64,000 nucleotides of DNA from Acutalibacteraceae bacterium (GTDB lineage: Bacteria; Bacillota; Clostridia; Oscillospirales; Acutalibacteraceae). The notes beneath the pieces were generated by a model. That model was not told the DNA's origin and did no database searches. It saw only the letters and a list, made by a program, of their open reading frames with translations. Position numbers and translations under genes: made by a program. The stretch spans positions 10,197-74,196 of the forward strand of contig JAZUON010000007.1 in NCBI GenBank assembly GCA_045604685.1. The letters are read 5' to 3'. Shown in pieces: positions 49,813 through 58,925 of this stretch (position 1 is its first letter; each line of letters starts with the position of its first letter).

Positions 49813-52752
49813 TTACATATTTATTCCGAATGTAATTATTTCAAACGGTGAATATTCGATTTTTTCCGTTTCACCGATTTTATCCTCAAGCATATTGAGA
49901 ATATCCGCCTTTTGGGGAAGGGTTACAACTCCCCTTTCGCCGTTTTGCTCGCAAAGGCGGATAACAATTTGTTTTCCGTCCTCCGACAGTTTAACCGCCT
50001 GAAGCCACAACGAGCCGAAATCGGGCAGGCAGGATTCAACATCAGCCTTCCGCAGCGGCACATTATATTCAAAAGCCTTTTTGTTTATCTCTGCCGCAAC
50101 GGCATCGCCGCCGTGTGGATAAATCATATAACAAAAGCTATGCTTTCCCATATCGGATGTTGGGTCAGGTCTTATTGTTGAGCGCAGAAGCGAAAGTGCC
50201 ATTGTATTATTCAATGCCGATACGCCGTATTTGCCCTGATTGATAAGGGCAACGCCGCCGCCCTGCTCCGCCATATCGCACCATTTATGGTGGCAGACCT
50301 CAAAGCGGGCCTGCTGCCAGCTTGTGTTGCGGTGGGTTTCGCGTCGGATTATACCTGCTGATGTATCGCAAAGCAGCTCTCTTGAAAGCACATTGCAGCC
50401 GTATTCAGCCTTTACAAGTTTATGCTTTTCATTCCAGTCAACATTACTCTCAATTTCAATTCCCCTTGACTGACGGAAAAGGCGGATTATCATCTGCCAT
50501 GTGCTTTTATCCGTTGCAAAGGTTACTGTAAACTCTGCGCATTCGCCGTCCGCTTTAACAAATTCAAGAGGCTTTTTAACGGTCAGGTCGCAGGGTCTGT
50601 CCTTATAGTTAGGCAGAATATCCCATGCATCGTAGTTACCCGGGGTATCGTGATACATTTTCAGTTTATTGAAATCGCCGCCTACCCATTCACGGTTAAG
50701 CTCCTTATCGTAAAGCGAAAGCATGCTGCCGTCAGACGCAAATTCAACCGAATAGAAAGGTGTTTCAGCCTTATTGCCACTGACGGTTATCCAATTGACG
50801 GAAGAATTTCCGTCTTTTATGTCGCCGCCCGAAAGCGCATCAAGATCAGGCACGGCGTAAAATCCTTTTTCGCCTTTTCTTATTATTCCGCCTTTTTCAT
50901 CGGGAATAAACGTAAGATCTGAGCGCCTGAAATTAAGGGTGTTAAAGTATTTGCTGCCGCTGCCGATTATCTCAAGCAGTTCTTTTTCGCACTGCTCATA
51001 ATCCTCCATTGCATCACGGTAAACGGGAGTAATGTGGCTGCCGGGGAGAATATCGTGGAACTGATTTATCATCAGCTTTTTATAGATTCCTCTTATTTTC
51101 TCCGCAGGATACTCTGCACCGTTTTTCATTCTGAGAACGCTGAGAAGCTCTGCATCGCGCAGCATAAATTCAAGCCTGCGGTTATAATCCTTGAGCTTTG
51201 ATTTTGTTGTGAAGGTGCCTCTGTGCATTTCGAGGTAAAGCTCGCCGTCCCAGACCGCCAGCTTATCATTACCGTCAAAATTTTTGGCAAGGAATTCAGT
51301 TGCATTGATATGCTCGGTTTCAGGCATAACGGAGAGCTTTTCAAAACGGTGCATAATTTCAACCATTTCCTCCGTTGCGCCGCTGCCTCCGTCACCGTAG
51401 CCGAACATCTGCAGGGTCTGCCCGCTTTCATTCTTATCCTGATAGGCATCCCAATTCTCCTGCACCTGACTGGGCATATTCCACGAAATAAAGTGAGTGG
51501 GCGGCACACAGGCGTAAACCTGCGACCCGTCAATTCCTCTCCAGATAAAATTATTATGAGGGAATCTGTTGGTATCATTCCATGTTGACATTTTGTTGGA
51601 GACAAAATAGTCAACGCCGCTTTTTTTGAGAATCTGAGGTAAAATCCAGCTGTTACCGAAAACATCAGGCAGCCAGCAGTTATTGACCGTCAAGCCGAAT
51701 TTTTTCCTGAAATAGCTTTGGCCGTAAAGGCACTGCCTTATAAGACTTTCGCATGAGGGTACATTACAATCGGGCTCAACATACATTGCGCCGACGGGTT
51801 CAAACCTGCCCTCTTCGATCCTCGCCTTAAGCTCCTCGAAAATTTCGGGATAATATTTTTCAACGGTTTCATAGGTATAAGCCTGGGTGTGGGCATATCT
51901 GAAATCGGGGTATTTATCCATAAGGCGAAGCTGAATGAGCACCGTCCTCAGATTTTTCTGCACCGCGTGGATTCTTCGCCAATAATATGCAATATCAAGG
52001 TGAGAATGAGCAACAAGCGCAACGCTTCCGCTGCCCCTATAGCTTTTATTTGAGAAAATGTTTTTATCTATGTATTCCGCAGCCGCCCTGACATCCGCAT
52101 CTCTTACATCGTCAAAATCAATAAGATTAAGCGCAAGGTCAAGCTCACGGATAACAAATGCGGAGAATTCCTCATTGAAAACCTCGCTTAAAGCAGCATC
52201 AAGAAGCATTTCTATATCATAAACAAGGGACTGCACCGCTTCGTTGACAACGGAGATATAGCCACCCTCAAAAATCTGCCTGCAGCCTCTTACGCTGAGG
52301 CTTTCAGGGTTGCGCTCATCATCGGGCTTTGAACGGTTATAGCCCATAATTTCAAAACTGAGCTTTGTGCCCTTAACGTAATCCGAAAGGTCAAGCCTTT
52401 CTCTGTTAGGGTCAATGCCGCCAACATAAACGCCGTTGACCTTAACTATCATTTCCGCCGCAGTCTTAAGTGAAAAGCAGTATTTTTTGCCCTCAAGGTG
52501 CTCTGGCAGGTCATACTCCGCTTTGATAAATGCCGTGCCGTCCGGGGTAAAATACATATCACCTTTTTTCAGTGGTCTGAAGTCATCGTCGTAATATTCA
52601 AAACTCATTTCGGACACCTGACGGGCATCCTTAATCATAAAGGTTGTTATTTCGTTCTTTTCGCTGTAAATATGCCTTTTAAGCCAGCCGAAGCGCAGGG
52701 TAATCCATTCCTCGGGGCGCATACTTCTTCTGACAACTTTAATATGAGCCAT
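49813..52752 (-). CDS. alpha-mannosidase, GH38
   Basis: 979 aa with VAHSHLDIAYYW and QFHDILPGS motifs and GH38 length and architecture. Confidence 0.85.
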   Translation of the reverse strand: MAHIKVVRRSMRPEEWITLRFGWLKRHIYSEKNEITTFMIKDARQVSEMSFEYYDDDFRPLKKGDMYFTPDGTAFIKAEYDLPEHLEGKKYCFSLKTAAEMIVKVNGVYVGGIDPNRERLDLSDYVKGTKLSFEIMGYNRSKPDDERNPESLSVRGCRQIFEGGYISVVNEAVQSLVYDIEMLLDAALSEVFNEEFSAFVIRELDLALNLIDFDDVRDADVRAAAEYIDKNIFSNKSYRGSGSVALVAHSHLDIAYYWRRIHAVQKNLRTVLIQLRLMDKYPDFRYAHTQAYTYETVEKYYPEIFEELKARIEEGRFEPVGAMYVEPDCNVPSCESLIRQCLYGQSYFRKKFGLTVNNCWLPDVFGNSWILPQILKKSGVDYFVSNKMSTWNDTNRFPHNNFIWRGIDGSQVYACVPPTHFISWNMPSQVQENWDAYQDKNESGQTLQMFGYGDGGSGATEEMVEIMHRFEKLSVMPETEHINATEFLAKNFDGNDKLAVWDGELYLEMHRGTFTTKSKLKDYNRRLEFMLRDAELLSVLRMKNGAEYPAEKIRGIYKKLMINQFHDILPGSHITPVYRDAMEDYEQCEKELLEIIGSGSKYFNTLNFRRSDLTFIPDEKGGIIRKGEKGFYAVPDLDALSGGDIKDGNSSVNWITVSGNKAETPFYSVEFASDGSMLSLYDKELNREWVGGDFNKLKMYHDTPGNYDAWDILPNYKDRPCDLTVKKPLEFVKADGECAEFTVTFATDKSTWQMIIRLFRQSRGIEIESNVDWNEKHKLVKAEYGCNVLSRELLCDTSAGIIRRETHRNTSWQQARFEVCHHKWCDMAEQGGGVALINQGKYGVSALNNTMALSLLRSTIRPDPTSDMGKHSFCYMIYPHGGDAVAAEINKKAFEYNVPLRKADVESCLPDFGSLWLQAVKLSEDGKQIVIRLCEQNGERGVVTLPQKADILNMLEDKIGETEKIEYSPFEIITFGINM

Positions 52753-52760
52753 AATTCACC

Positions 52761-52994
52761 TCAAATATCCTGAAAATAAGGCTTTTTGCGGATTCCGATA
52801 ACCTTAACTTTTTCGTTGCGGTCAATTTCAATCCTCTGCTCAATCCATGCAAGGCAGCGGTCAAGAATAAGACATTTTGAACATTCACCCTGCAAAAGGA
52901 CAGTTACTTCATTACCCACCTGCTTAACGAAGGTGATTTCGCCGCCGTCACCCTGAAGCCTCGGGCGTATGTAGCCATTGATATATTCTTCCAT
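52761..52994 (-). CDS. NifU-like (Nfu C-terminal domain) protein
   Basis: IRPRLQGDGGEITFV...LQGECSKC is the NifU C-terminal-domain CxxC signature. The ATG at 52994 is internal to the track ORF. Confidence 0.7.
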   Translation of the reverse strand: MEEYINGYIRPRLQGDGGEITFVKQVGNEVTVLLQGECSKCLILDRCLAWIEQRIEIDRNEKVKVIGIRKKPYFQDI

Positions 52995-53156
52995 AGGAGC
53001 ACCCCCTGCATAAATATCCATTATGTATTATAACATTATATTTTTACAGTATCAATAAAAAATTGTCAAAATTTCATCAATATTTTGTTTTTTCTTCTTC
53101 CAATACACCCTTGCATATGGTATGATATAATCAAAAAGTACGGGGGACTAAAAACT

Positions 53157-54701
53157 ATGTTTGTTGTAACAAGCAATCAGATGTATCAGGCAGAATGCAA
53201 TGCAGTTAAGAGAGGCATTTCGTTCCCTCAGCTTATGGAAAACGCAGGTCAGGCCTGCGCTAAAATAATAAAAACCAAATTTTCAATCAGCAAATCAAGC
53301 CCGAAAAAGGTTCTGGTTATCTGCGGCAAGGGCAAAAACGGCGGCGACGGCTTTGTTATTGCCCGCGCGCTTTGGGAAGCAGGCTGCAAGGTGACCGTTA
53401 TGCTTGCCTGCGGAGAGCCCAAGGCTGCGGATTCCGTTAATATGTTTTCGCTCATAGAAGCGGCAGGCATTGATGTTATCCGTTATGACAACAACCTGAC
53501 TCTCCACAGACCCTTGCTTGAGGATTCGGATATTATTGTTGAGGCGGTTTTCGGTACGGGCTTTTCTGGCTCGCTCAACCATTCACTCAGCGTGCTTGCT
53601 CAGGCAGTTAATGCAGCAAAGGGCAAGGTTGTTTCAATTGATGTTCCTGCAGGCGCAGATTGCGACAAGGCAACGGTTGCGGGAGTTTGCTTCAGGGCGG
53701 ATATGACAATTGCAATTTCTGCATACAAGCCCATTCATATAATGAAACCCTGCAACAAATACTGCGGCAGAATATATGTTGCAGACATAGGCATAACCGA
53801 AAACGACTATAAAAACCTTGACGGTGTTGCCTGCTTCACCCTCGGCGCCCCCGAAATCCGTAATATGCTGCCAAAGCGTAAGCCGGTTTCGAACAAGGGC
53901 ACCTACGGCCATGCGCTGTGTGTTTGCGGCAGCATGAAAATGACGGGCGCGGCTTATCTTTCCGTCAGCGGTGCATTGAGGTCGGGAGTCGGCCTTGTTA
54001 CCGCGGCATTCCCTCAAAGCGCATATGCAGGCATTGCTCCAAAGCTGACAGAGCCTCTGCTGCTGCCTCTTGAATCAAACTTTGAGGGCACATTTGCATA
54101 TTCGGCAATGGCAGATATCATTGAAGCATCAAAAAGGTCAAGCGCCGTGCTCATCGGCTGCGGCATAGGCTTCAACAAGGACACAACAACTCTTGTTCAT
54201 AATCTTATAAAAGAAATAAAATCGCCGATTATTCTGGATGCAGACGGCATAAATGCCCTGAGCACAAATATAGATATATTGAAAGAAGCTCAGGCTCCCG
54301 TTATTATCACCCCTCATCCGGGCGAAATGAGCCGCCTTTGCGGAAAAACAGTTGCCGAAATAATTGCAAATCCTATCGGCATTGCCTGCGAGTTTGCAAA
54401 GAAATACGGCGTTACCGTTGTTCTCAAAACCGCAAACACTGTTGTTTGTGACGGGAAATCAGGCGTTTATATCAACACAACGGGCAATTCAGGGCTTTCA
54501 AAGGGCGGCAGCGGCGACCTGCTGGCAGGCATGACCGTTTCGTTTGTTGCTCAGGGAATGAACCCCTTTGATGCAGCGGTTTCCGCAGTTTATCTGCACG
54601 GACTCGGCGCAGACATCGTTGCAGAAAAAACTTCCATGAGAGGCATGCTGCCGAGCGATGTTCTGAATTATCTGCCTGAGCTTTTTTCAAAATTTGAATA
54701 G
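53157..54701 (+). CDS. nnr: bifunctional NAD(P)H-hydrate epimerase / ADP-dependent dehydratase
   Basis: YjeF N-terminal domain (VICGKGKNGGDGFVIAR) plus C-terminal carbohydrate-kinase domain (GTYGHALCVCGS..., GGSGDLLAG). The ATG at 53157 is internal to the track ORF. Confidence 0.88.
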   Translation: MFVVTSNQMYQAECNAVKRGISFPQLMENAGQACAKIIKTKFSISKSSPKKVLVICGKGKNGGDGFVIARALWEAGCKVTVMLACGEPKAADSVNMFSLIEAAGIDVIRYDNNLTLHRPLLEDSDIIVEAVFGTGFSGSLNHSLSVLAQAVNAAKGKVVSIDVPAGADCDKATVAGVCFRADMTIAISAYKPIHIMKPCNKYCGRIYVADIGITENDYKNLDGVACFTLGAPEIRNMLPKRKPVSNKGTYGHALCVCGSMKMTGAAYLSVSGALRSGVGLVTAAFPQSAYAGIAPKLTEPLLLPLESNFEGTFAYSAMADIIEASKRSSAVLIGCGIGFNKDTTTLVHNLIKEIKSPIILDADGINALSTNIDILKEAQAPVIITPHPGEMSRLCGKTVAEIIANPIGIACEFAKKYGVTVVLKTANTVVCDGKSGVYINTTGNSGLSKGGSGDLLAGMTVSFVAQGMNPFDAAVSAVYLHGLGADIVAEKTSMRGMLPSDVLNYLPELFSKFE

Positions 54702-54712
54702 CAGGTGATTAT

Positions 54713-55231
54713 TTGAAAAAAGCATTTTCTCTTTTTGCCGCAATCTTTGTTTTGCTTGCGGCAGGATGTGAAAAGCAAGGCGAATCCATCAGCGCCCCTC
54801 CCCCTGCCCCTACGGCATTCACCTCGGAAATAACCGCCGTTTGCGGCAACTCGGAAATGACAGCATTGCTCACTCAAAATGCCGCCGAGGATTTCACGCT
54901 GAAATTTCTCACTCCAGAAGCCCTTGCGCCGCTTTCCGTGGAATATAAAAACGGCGGATGCAAGGTTACATATGACGGACTTTCCTTTGAAACGGATTTA
55001 AACCGCTTTCCGCAAACGGAAATGGGCGCACTGCTGACAAATGCACTGTCCGATGCGGTTCAGGGAATGAACCTGCAAACGGCATATTCAGACGGAATAT
55101 GGACCTACACGGGAACGGGCGAGAGAGGCACATTCACCCTCACCCGCAACGGCGAAACGGGAGAATGGATTGATTTCACCGCTAAAGGCGCCGACCTGAA
55201 AATAACATTCTCTCCGCAGAATAACCAATAA
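54713..55231 (+). CDS. lipoprotein, unknown function
   Basis: MKKAFSLFAAIFVLLAAGCEK carries a lipobox. TTG start after AGGTGA. Confidence 0.6.
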   Translation: MKKAFSLFAAIFVLLAAGCEKQGESISAPPPAPTAFTSEITAVCGNSEMTALLTQNAAEDFTLKFLTPEALAPLSVEYKNGGCKVTYDGLSFETDLNRFPQTEMGALLTNALSDAVQGMNLQTAYSDGIWTYTGTGERGTFTLTRNGETGEWIDFTAKGADLKITFSPQNNQ

Positions 55232-55245
55232 ATAAAATAAAAATT

Positions 55246-55271
55246 GCACCGCACTCAACCGAGTGCGGTGC
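55246..55271. terminator. bidirectional intrinsic terminator
   Basis: GCACCGCACTC-AACC-GAGTGCGGTGC with T-tracts on both strands. Confidence 0.8.
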
Positions 55272-55278
55272 TTTTGAT

Positions 55279-57060
55279 TTAATATCGCAATGTAAAAATA
55301 TATCTGATAATTTCCTTGAATTTCAGAAACAACATTTCCATAAACCTGTCAAGGGTAACAACATTATTTGTGTAGTAAGCCCTTTCCATGAAATCTCCGC
55401 AATGGCTGCAGGTGCTTCTGCTTATTTGTCTGCCATTCTCGGAACTGTAAGCGAAATCAGTCCATTCGCCGTAATCGTGGCCCGTTGCACCGATAACACG
55501 CTCAGCTTCAACCTTTCCGCATTGGGTGCACTGAATTTTTTCGATTCCATCCACGGTGCAGGTTGCATCCTGAGTCAGTGCTTCAAGCTGATGATTGCAC
55601 TTTGTAAGCGCCTGAATATAAACATTATGAGCGCTCTGTGTTGATGTTGAAATCCAACTGTTACCCGTAGCGGAAACATTAATGAAGCTCTCGCCCTCTC
55701 TGCTGCTATAGGTCAGTCCATCCGCAACAGTCTTTTCAATAGGGATATATGTTGTTCCGTTAGGGTTATAATATTCAACAACAACGGAGAATATTTCACC
55801 CGGTTCAAGAACAACTGCGGAGTCAAGATATATGGTATGGTAACCTTCATTGCCAAGAACGGTTTCAACCGTGCATGCAGCAGTTCCCTGAACGGGAGAT
55901 GAGTATCCATCAGAAATATTTTTATATACAGTTGCTTCGATTTCAATATTCTCACCGTAGGTCTGAACCGCAATTGCCGTCAGGCTTTCATAACCGCTTG
56001 CGGTGAAAACATTTGCAACCTGAAATGCACGGGAAAGACCCAGAGCACTGTACCATTCAGCGCCGTTATAGCTGTAGTTCTTATAGTAATCCTCAGATTT
56101 CTGAACGGAATAGCCTGCAAAAAGAGTGATTGACGCGTCATAATAAGAAATCCAGAAATAGCCGCCGTCACCCCAATAGGTTCCCCAACTGTTTTTGCAA
56201 AGCCATGCGCCGTTAGCAGAGGGAGTGCATGTGCTTTTAAAATTTGATGCTGAAAAGCTGTCGTCCCATCCAACAACAACAATCTGATGGTTTATGGAGC
56301 CGGTTGTTGCGGTGCAATAAGCCGCAGATGATGAATTGTAGCAACTGCCTTCGTAGTAAAACGCTGCAGTTACCGAGCCGTGGTCGACTATCCACTGCTT
56401 AACATCCTCCGCACTTGTGAGCGACTGCGCGGATTCCAGAATCACGCCGCCTGATGTGTTATATCTGTCACTTTCGGCATAATTGCCCATGCTTTCAAGG
56501 CTGCTGCCGTAAAACGGAAATTCTGTTTCCTCCGCTGCGCCTGACCACCTTGCAAGGGATGCAGCAGAAATTTTCCAGTTGCCGCCGCGAAGATAAGGCT
56601 CATCGAAATAATAACCGTCGCCGTAGGCAAGGTCGTTTTCATCCTCGGCACGGCCTCTGCTTGCAAACCACACGTGATGAGCCTCTGAAAAATCTGCCGA
56701 TGAGGCTGATTCATATCCTTTAATAATACTGTCACTCTCAAGAAGGCTCATTGCAGAAAACGACCAGCATACGCCTGAATCGCCCTGGCTTTTAACCCGT
56801 GTTACATAGCCTTTATCAACCGCGCTGTATGCCGCAGGAAGGCTTGACGACTGACAGCCCAGCTCATTATTCTCAAAAACAACCTCGTTACCGTTTTCAT
56901 CAACATAACGGTAGTTTATCAGCCCGCCCTCCTGCTCCGTGTTTTCAACATAAATATAAGTGAACATATCCTTTGCCGAATATGCGGGCAGGGCAGCAAA
57001 GGAAAGCATCAGCATCACCGAAAGAATAAGTGACATGAACCTTTGGGCTGCTTTTTTCAT
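55279..57060 (-). CDS. secreted papain-family (C1) cysteine peptidase with Cys/His-rich C-terminal module and amphipathic tail
   Basis: 593 aa with a signal peptide, catalytic Cys context QGDSGVCWSFSA, His context INHQIVVVGWDD, and NSWGTYWGDGGYFWISY. Confidence 0.85.
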   Translation of the reverse strand: MKKAAQRFMSLILSVMLMLSFAALPAYSAKDMFTYIYVENTEQEGGLINYRYVDENGNEVVFENNELGCQSSSLPAAYSAVDKGYVTRVKSQGDSGVCWSFSAMSLLESDSIIKGYESASSADFSEAHHVWFASRGRAEDENDLAYGDGYYFDEPYLRGGNWKISAASLARWSGAAEETEFPFYGSSLESMGNYAESDRYNTSGGVILESAQSLTSAEDVKQWIVDHGSVTAAFYYEGSCYNSSSAAYCTATTGSINHQIVVVGWDDSFSASNFKSTCTPSANGAWLCKNSWGTYWGDGGYFWISYYDASITLFAGYSVQKSEDYYKNYSYNGAEWYSALGLSRAFQVANVFTASGYESLTAIAVQTYGENIEIEATVYKNISDGYSSPVQGTAACTVETVLGNEGYHTIYLDSAVVLEPGEIFSVVVEYYNPNGTTYIPIEKTVADGLTYSSREGESFINVSATGNSWISTSTQSAHNVYIQALTKCNHQLEALTQDATCTVDGIEKIQCTQCGKVEAERVIGATGHDYGEWTDFAYSSENGRQISRSTCSHCGDFMERAYYTNNVVTLDRFMEMLFLKFKEIIRYIFTLRY

Positions 57061-57305
57061 TTAAACCATCTCCGTTTTTTATCGTTCTGTAAATAAGACG
57101 AATTAAAAGGTGCTACGGTTTGATTTTTCAGAAAATTTTTATTTTATATTTCCGATACCTTTATTATAGCACCGGAATATAATAAAGTAAAGGACATGCG
57201 AGGATGAAATTTTTTGCTCCCCGATTTCAAACATGTGTTTAATTTGCCTGCCGTGTGTCAAAAATAGTTGTGAGATAACTTAGCAGCAAAAAGCTGCAAT
57301 GGAGA

Positions 57306-57668
57306 GTGATAACCTTGACCGTTAAACGGGGAGAAATTTATTACGCTGACCTGAGCCCTGTTATCGGCTCCGAGCAGGGCGGCACAAGACCCGTGCTGAT
57401 TGTTCAGAACGATGTTGGCAACAAATTCAGCCCAACGGTTATTGCCGCAGCAATAACAAGCCAGCGATTCAAAACCAGCCTGCCTACCCACATAAGAGTC
57501 AACGCCGACGGCTGCGGACTTGCCAAGGATTCCATTGTTCTTCTTGAGCAGGTACGAACACTTGACAAGAAAAGACTGCGCGAAAAAATGGGAATTCTTG
57601 ACGAGAGCGATATGAACAGAGTTGACAGAGCTCTTTCCGTAAGCCTCGGAATCGGTATTGCAGAATAA
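57306..57668 (+). CDS. mazF: MazF/PemK-family endoribonuclease toxin (EndoA-like)
   Basis: [46 protein letters not shown] is a near-consensus MazF. The start is either the GTG at 57306 or, with better RBS spacing, the TTG at 57315. Confidence 0.9.
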   Translation: MITLTVKRGEIYYADLSPVIGSEQGGTRPVLIVQNDVGNKFSPTVIAAAITSQRFKTSLPTHIRVNADGCGLAKDSIVLLEQVRTLDKKRLREKMGILDESDMNRVDRALSVSLGIGIAE

Positions 57669-57674
57669 ACTTAA

Positions 57675-57700
57675 GGCTGCCTTAAACAGTAAAGGCAGCC
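57675..57700 (+). terminator. intrinsic terminator after mazF
   Basis: GGCTGCCTT-loop-AAGGCAGCC followed by GTTCTTTG. Confidence 0.65.
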
Positions 57701-57806
57701 GTTCTTTGTATTCAACAACTTTTAAAAAATTTTTTCGAAATTTCTATTGCATAAAAGGATTCAAAAATGTAAAATAGTTTTATCACAAACCGCGAGGTGC
57801 AAAAAC

Positions 57807-58865
57807 ATGAAATCATTCAAAAAAATCATTGCAATTTTAATTGCCGCCTGCCTTATTGCCGCAAGCCTTTGCCTCGGCGCTCATGCAACGGGCAGAAAAG
57901 ATGCTCTTCCCACCTCAGCAGGCATTCAGGCTCTGCGCAATGAATTTGAGCATGACGTTGCTCCCGAAGAGGACGGCTACGCCCTCGACTACTGCTACTA
58001 TTCACCCGCAGGAAAAAACGACACGGGAAAATACCCCCTTGTTATCTTCCTTCACGGCATAGGCCATGCAGACTACGAAGGCTATCAGCTTAACGACAGC
58101 GATATGCCTTATTGGGCATCCTCAGAGCTTCAGAGCCGTTTCACAAGCGGCGGCGCATTTATCCTTCTTCCCCGCGCTCCCGAAGACCAGCTTGTTTACT
58201 GGAATTCTTCTCTCATTGAGCCCCTTCGCGTTTTGATTGATGACTTCATTGCAAAGCATGGCAACAACATTGACACAACAAAAATTTTCATCACCGGCAG
58301 CTCCGCAGGCGGTGAAATGGCATGGGATATGGTTATCTCCTTCCCCGAATATTTTGCAGGTGCATTTCCCATTGCTGCAACAGGCACTGTCAGCGCTTCA
58401 GAAGTAAAGAAATGTGCCGATGTTGCAATATGGATGATTGCAAGCGAAAAAGACCCTATTGTTAATTATTCGCTTGTTACTCAGCCTCTTTGGAGCAATG
58501 TTAAAGCATACAACAGCAACCCCGCAAACTGCCGCCTTTCAAGCCTTACCAATGTAATTGAGCCGAGCGGCAACTCCGCAAGCGACAACCACCACCTTGC
58601 AAAGGTTATTACTTACGATTTTCATATGCTTGACGGCAGCACCTACCCCAATGTTACAACCGTTGACGGCAACGGCAACACCGTTAACCTTGAAAGTCCC
58701 AACGGCCTGATTTACTGGATGAATTCGGTTTCTTCATCATTTGACGGCAAAGCAGGCACAGGCACGGGCAAACAAACCATTACTATTATTGATGACATCA
58801 TTAATTTCTTACGCAACTATGTGCTTAAGGTAGTCAACATCTTCCAGAGACTTCTCGGATTATAA
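57807..58865 (+). CDS. secreted alpha/beta-hydrolase esterase with C-terminal amphipathic tail
   Basis: Signal peptide MKSFKKIIAILIAACLIAASLCLGAHA, YPLVIFLHG, and the nucleophile elbow GSSAGG. The ATG at 57807 is internal to the track ORF. Confidence 0.7.
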   Translation: MKSFKKIIAILIAACLIAASLCLGAHATGRKDALPTSAGIQALRNEFEHDVAPEEDGYALDYCYYSPAGKNDTGKYPLVIFLHGIGHADYEGYQLNDSDMPYWASSELQSRFTSGGAFILLPRAPEDQLVYWNSSLIEPLRVLIDDFIAKHGNNIDTTKIFITGSSAGGEMAWDMVISFPEYFAGAFPIAATGTVSASEVKKCADVAIWMIASEKDPIVNYSLVTQPLWSNVKAYNSNPANCRLSSLTNVIEPSGNSASDNHHLAKVITYDFHMLDGSTYPNVTTVDGNGNTVNLESPNGLIYWMNSVSSSFDGKAGTGTGKQTITIIDDIINFLRNYVLKVVNIFQRLLGL

Positions 58866-58881
58866 AATCACATAAATAAAT

Positions 58882-58920
58882 TACAGGCTTGTACGGGTTA
58901 TCCACCTGCACAAGCCTGTA
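58882..58920. terminator. bidirectional intrinsic terminator
   Basis: TACAGGCTTGT-loop-ACAAGCCTGTA followed by ATTTTTT, between convergent genes. Confidence 0.75.
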
Positions 58921-58925
58921 ATTTT

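Noticed and set aside
57258-57491. A 77-aa minus-strand ORF overlapping the mazF 5' end, considered as a possible antitoxin.
   Set aside because: It is antisense to the highly conserved MazF N-terminus, has no RBS, and shows no AbrB, RHH or MazE-like sequence. It is most likely a frame artefact. An antisense RNA cannot be excluded from sequence alone.
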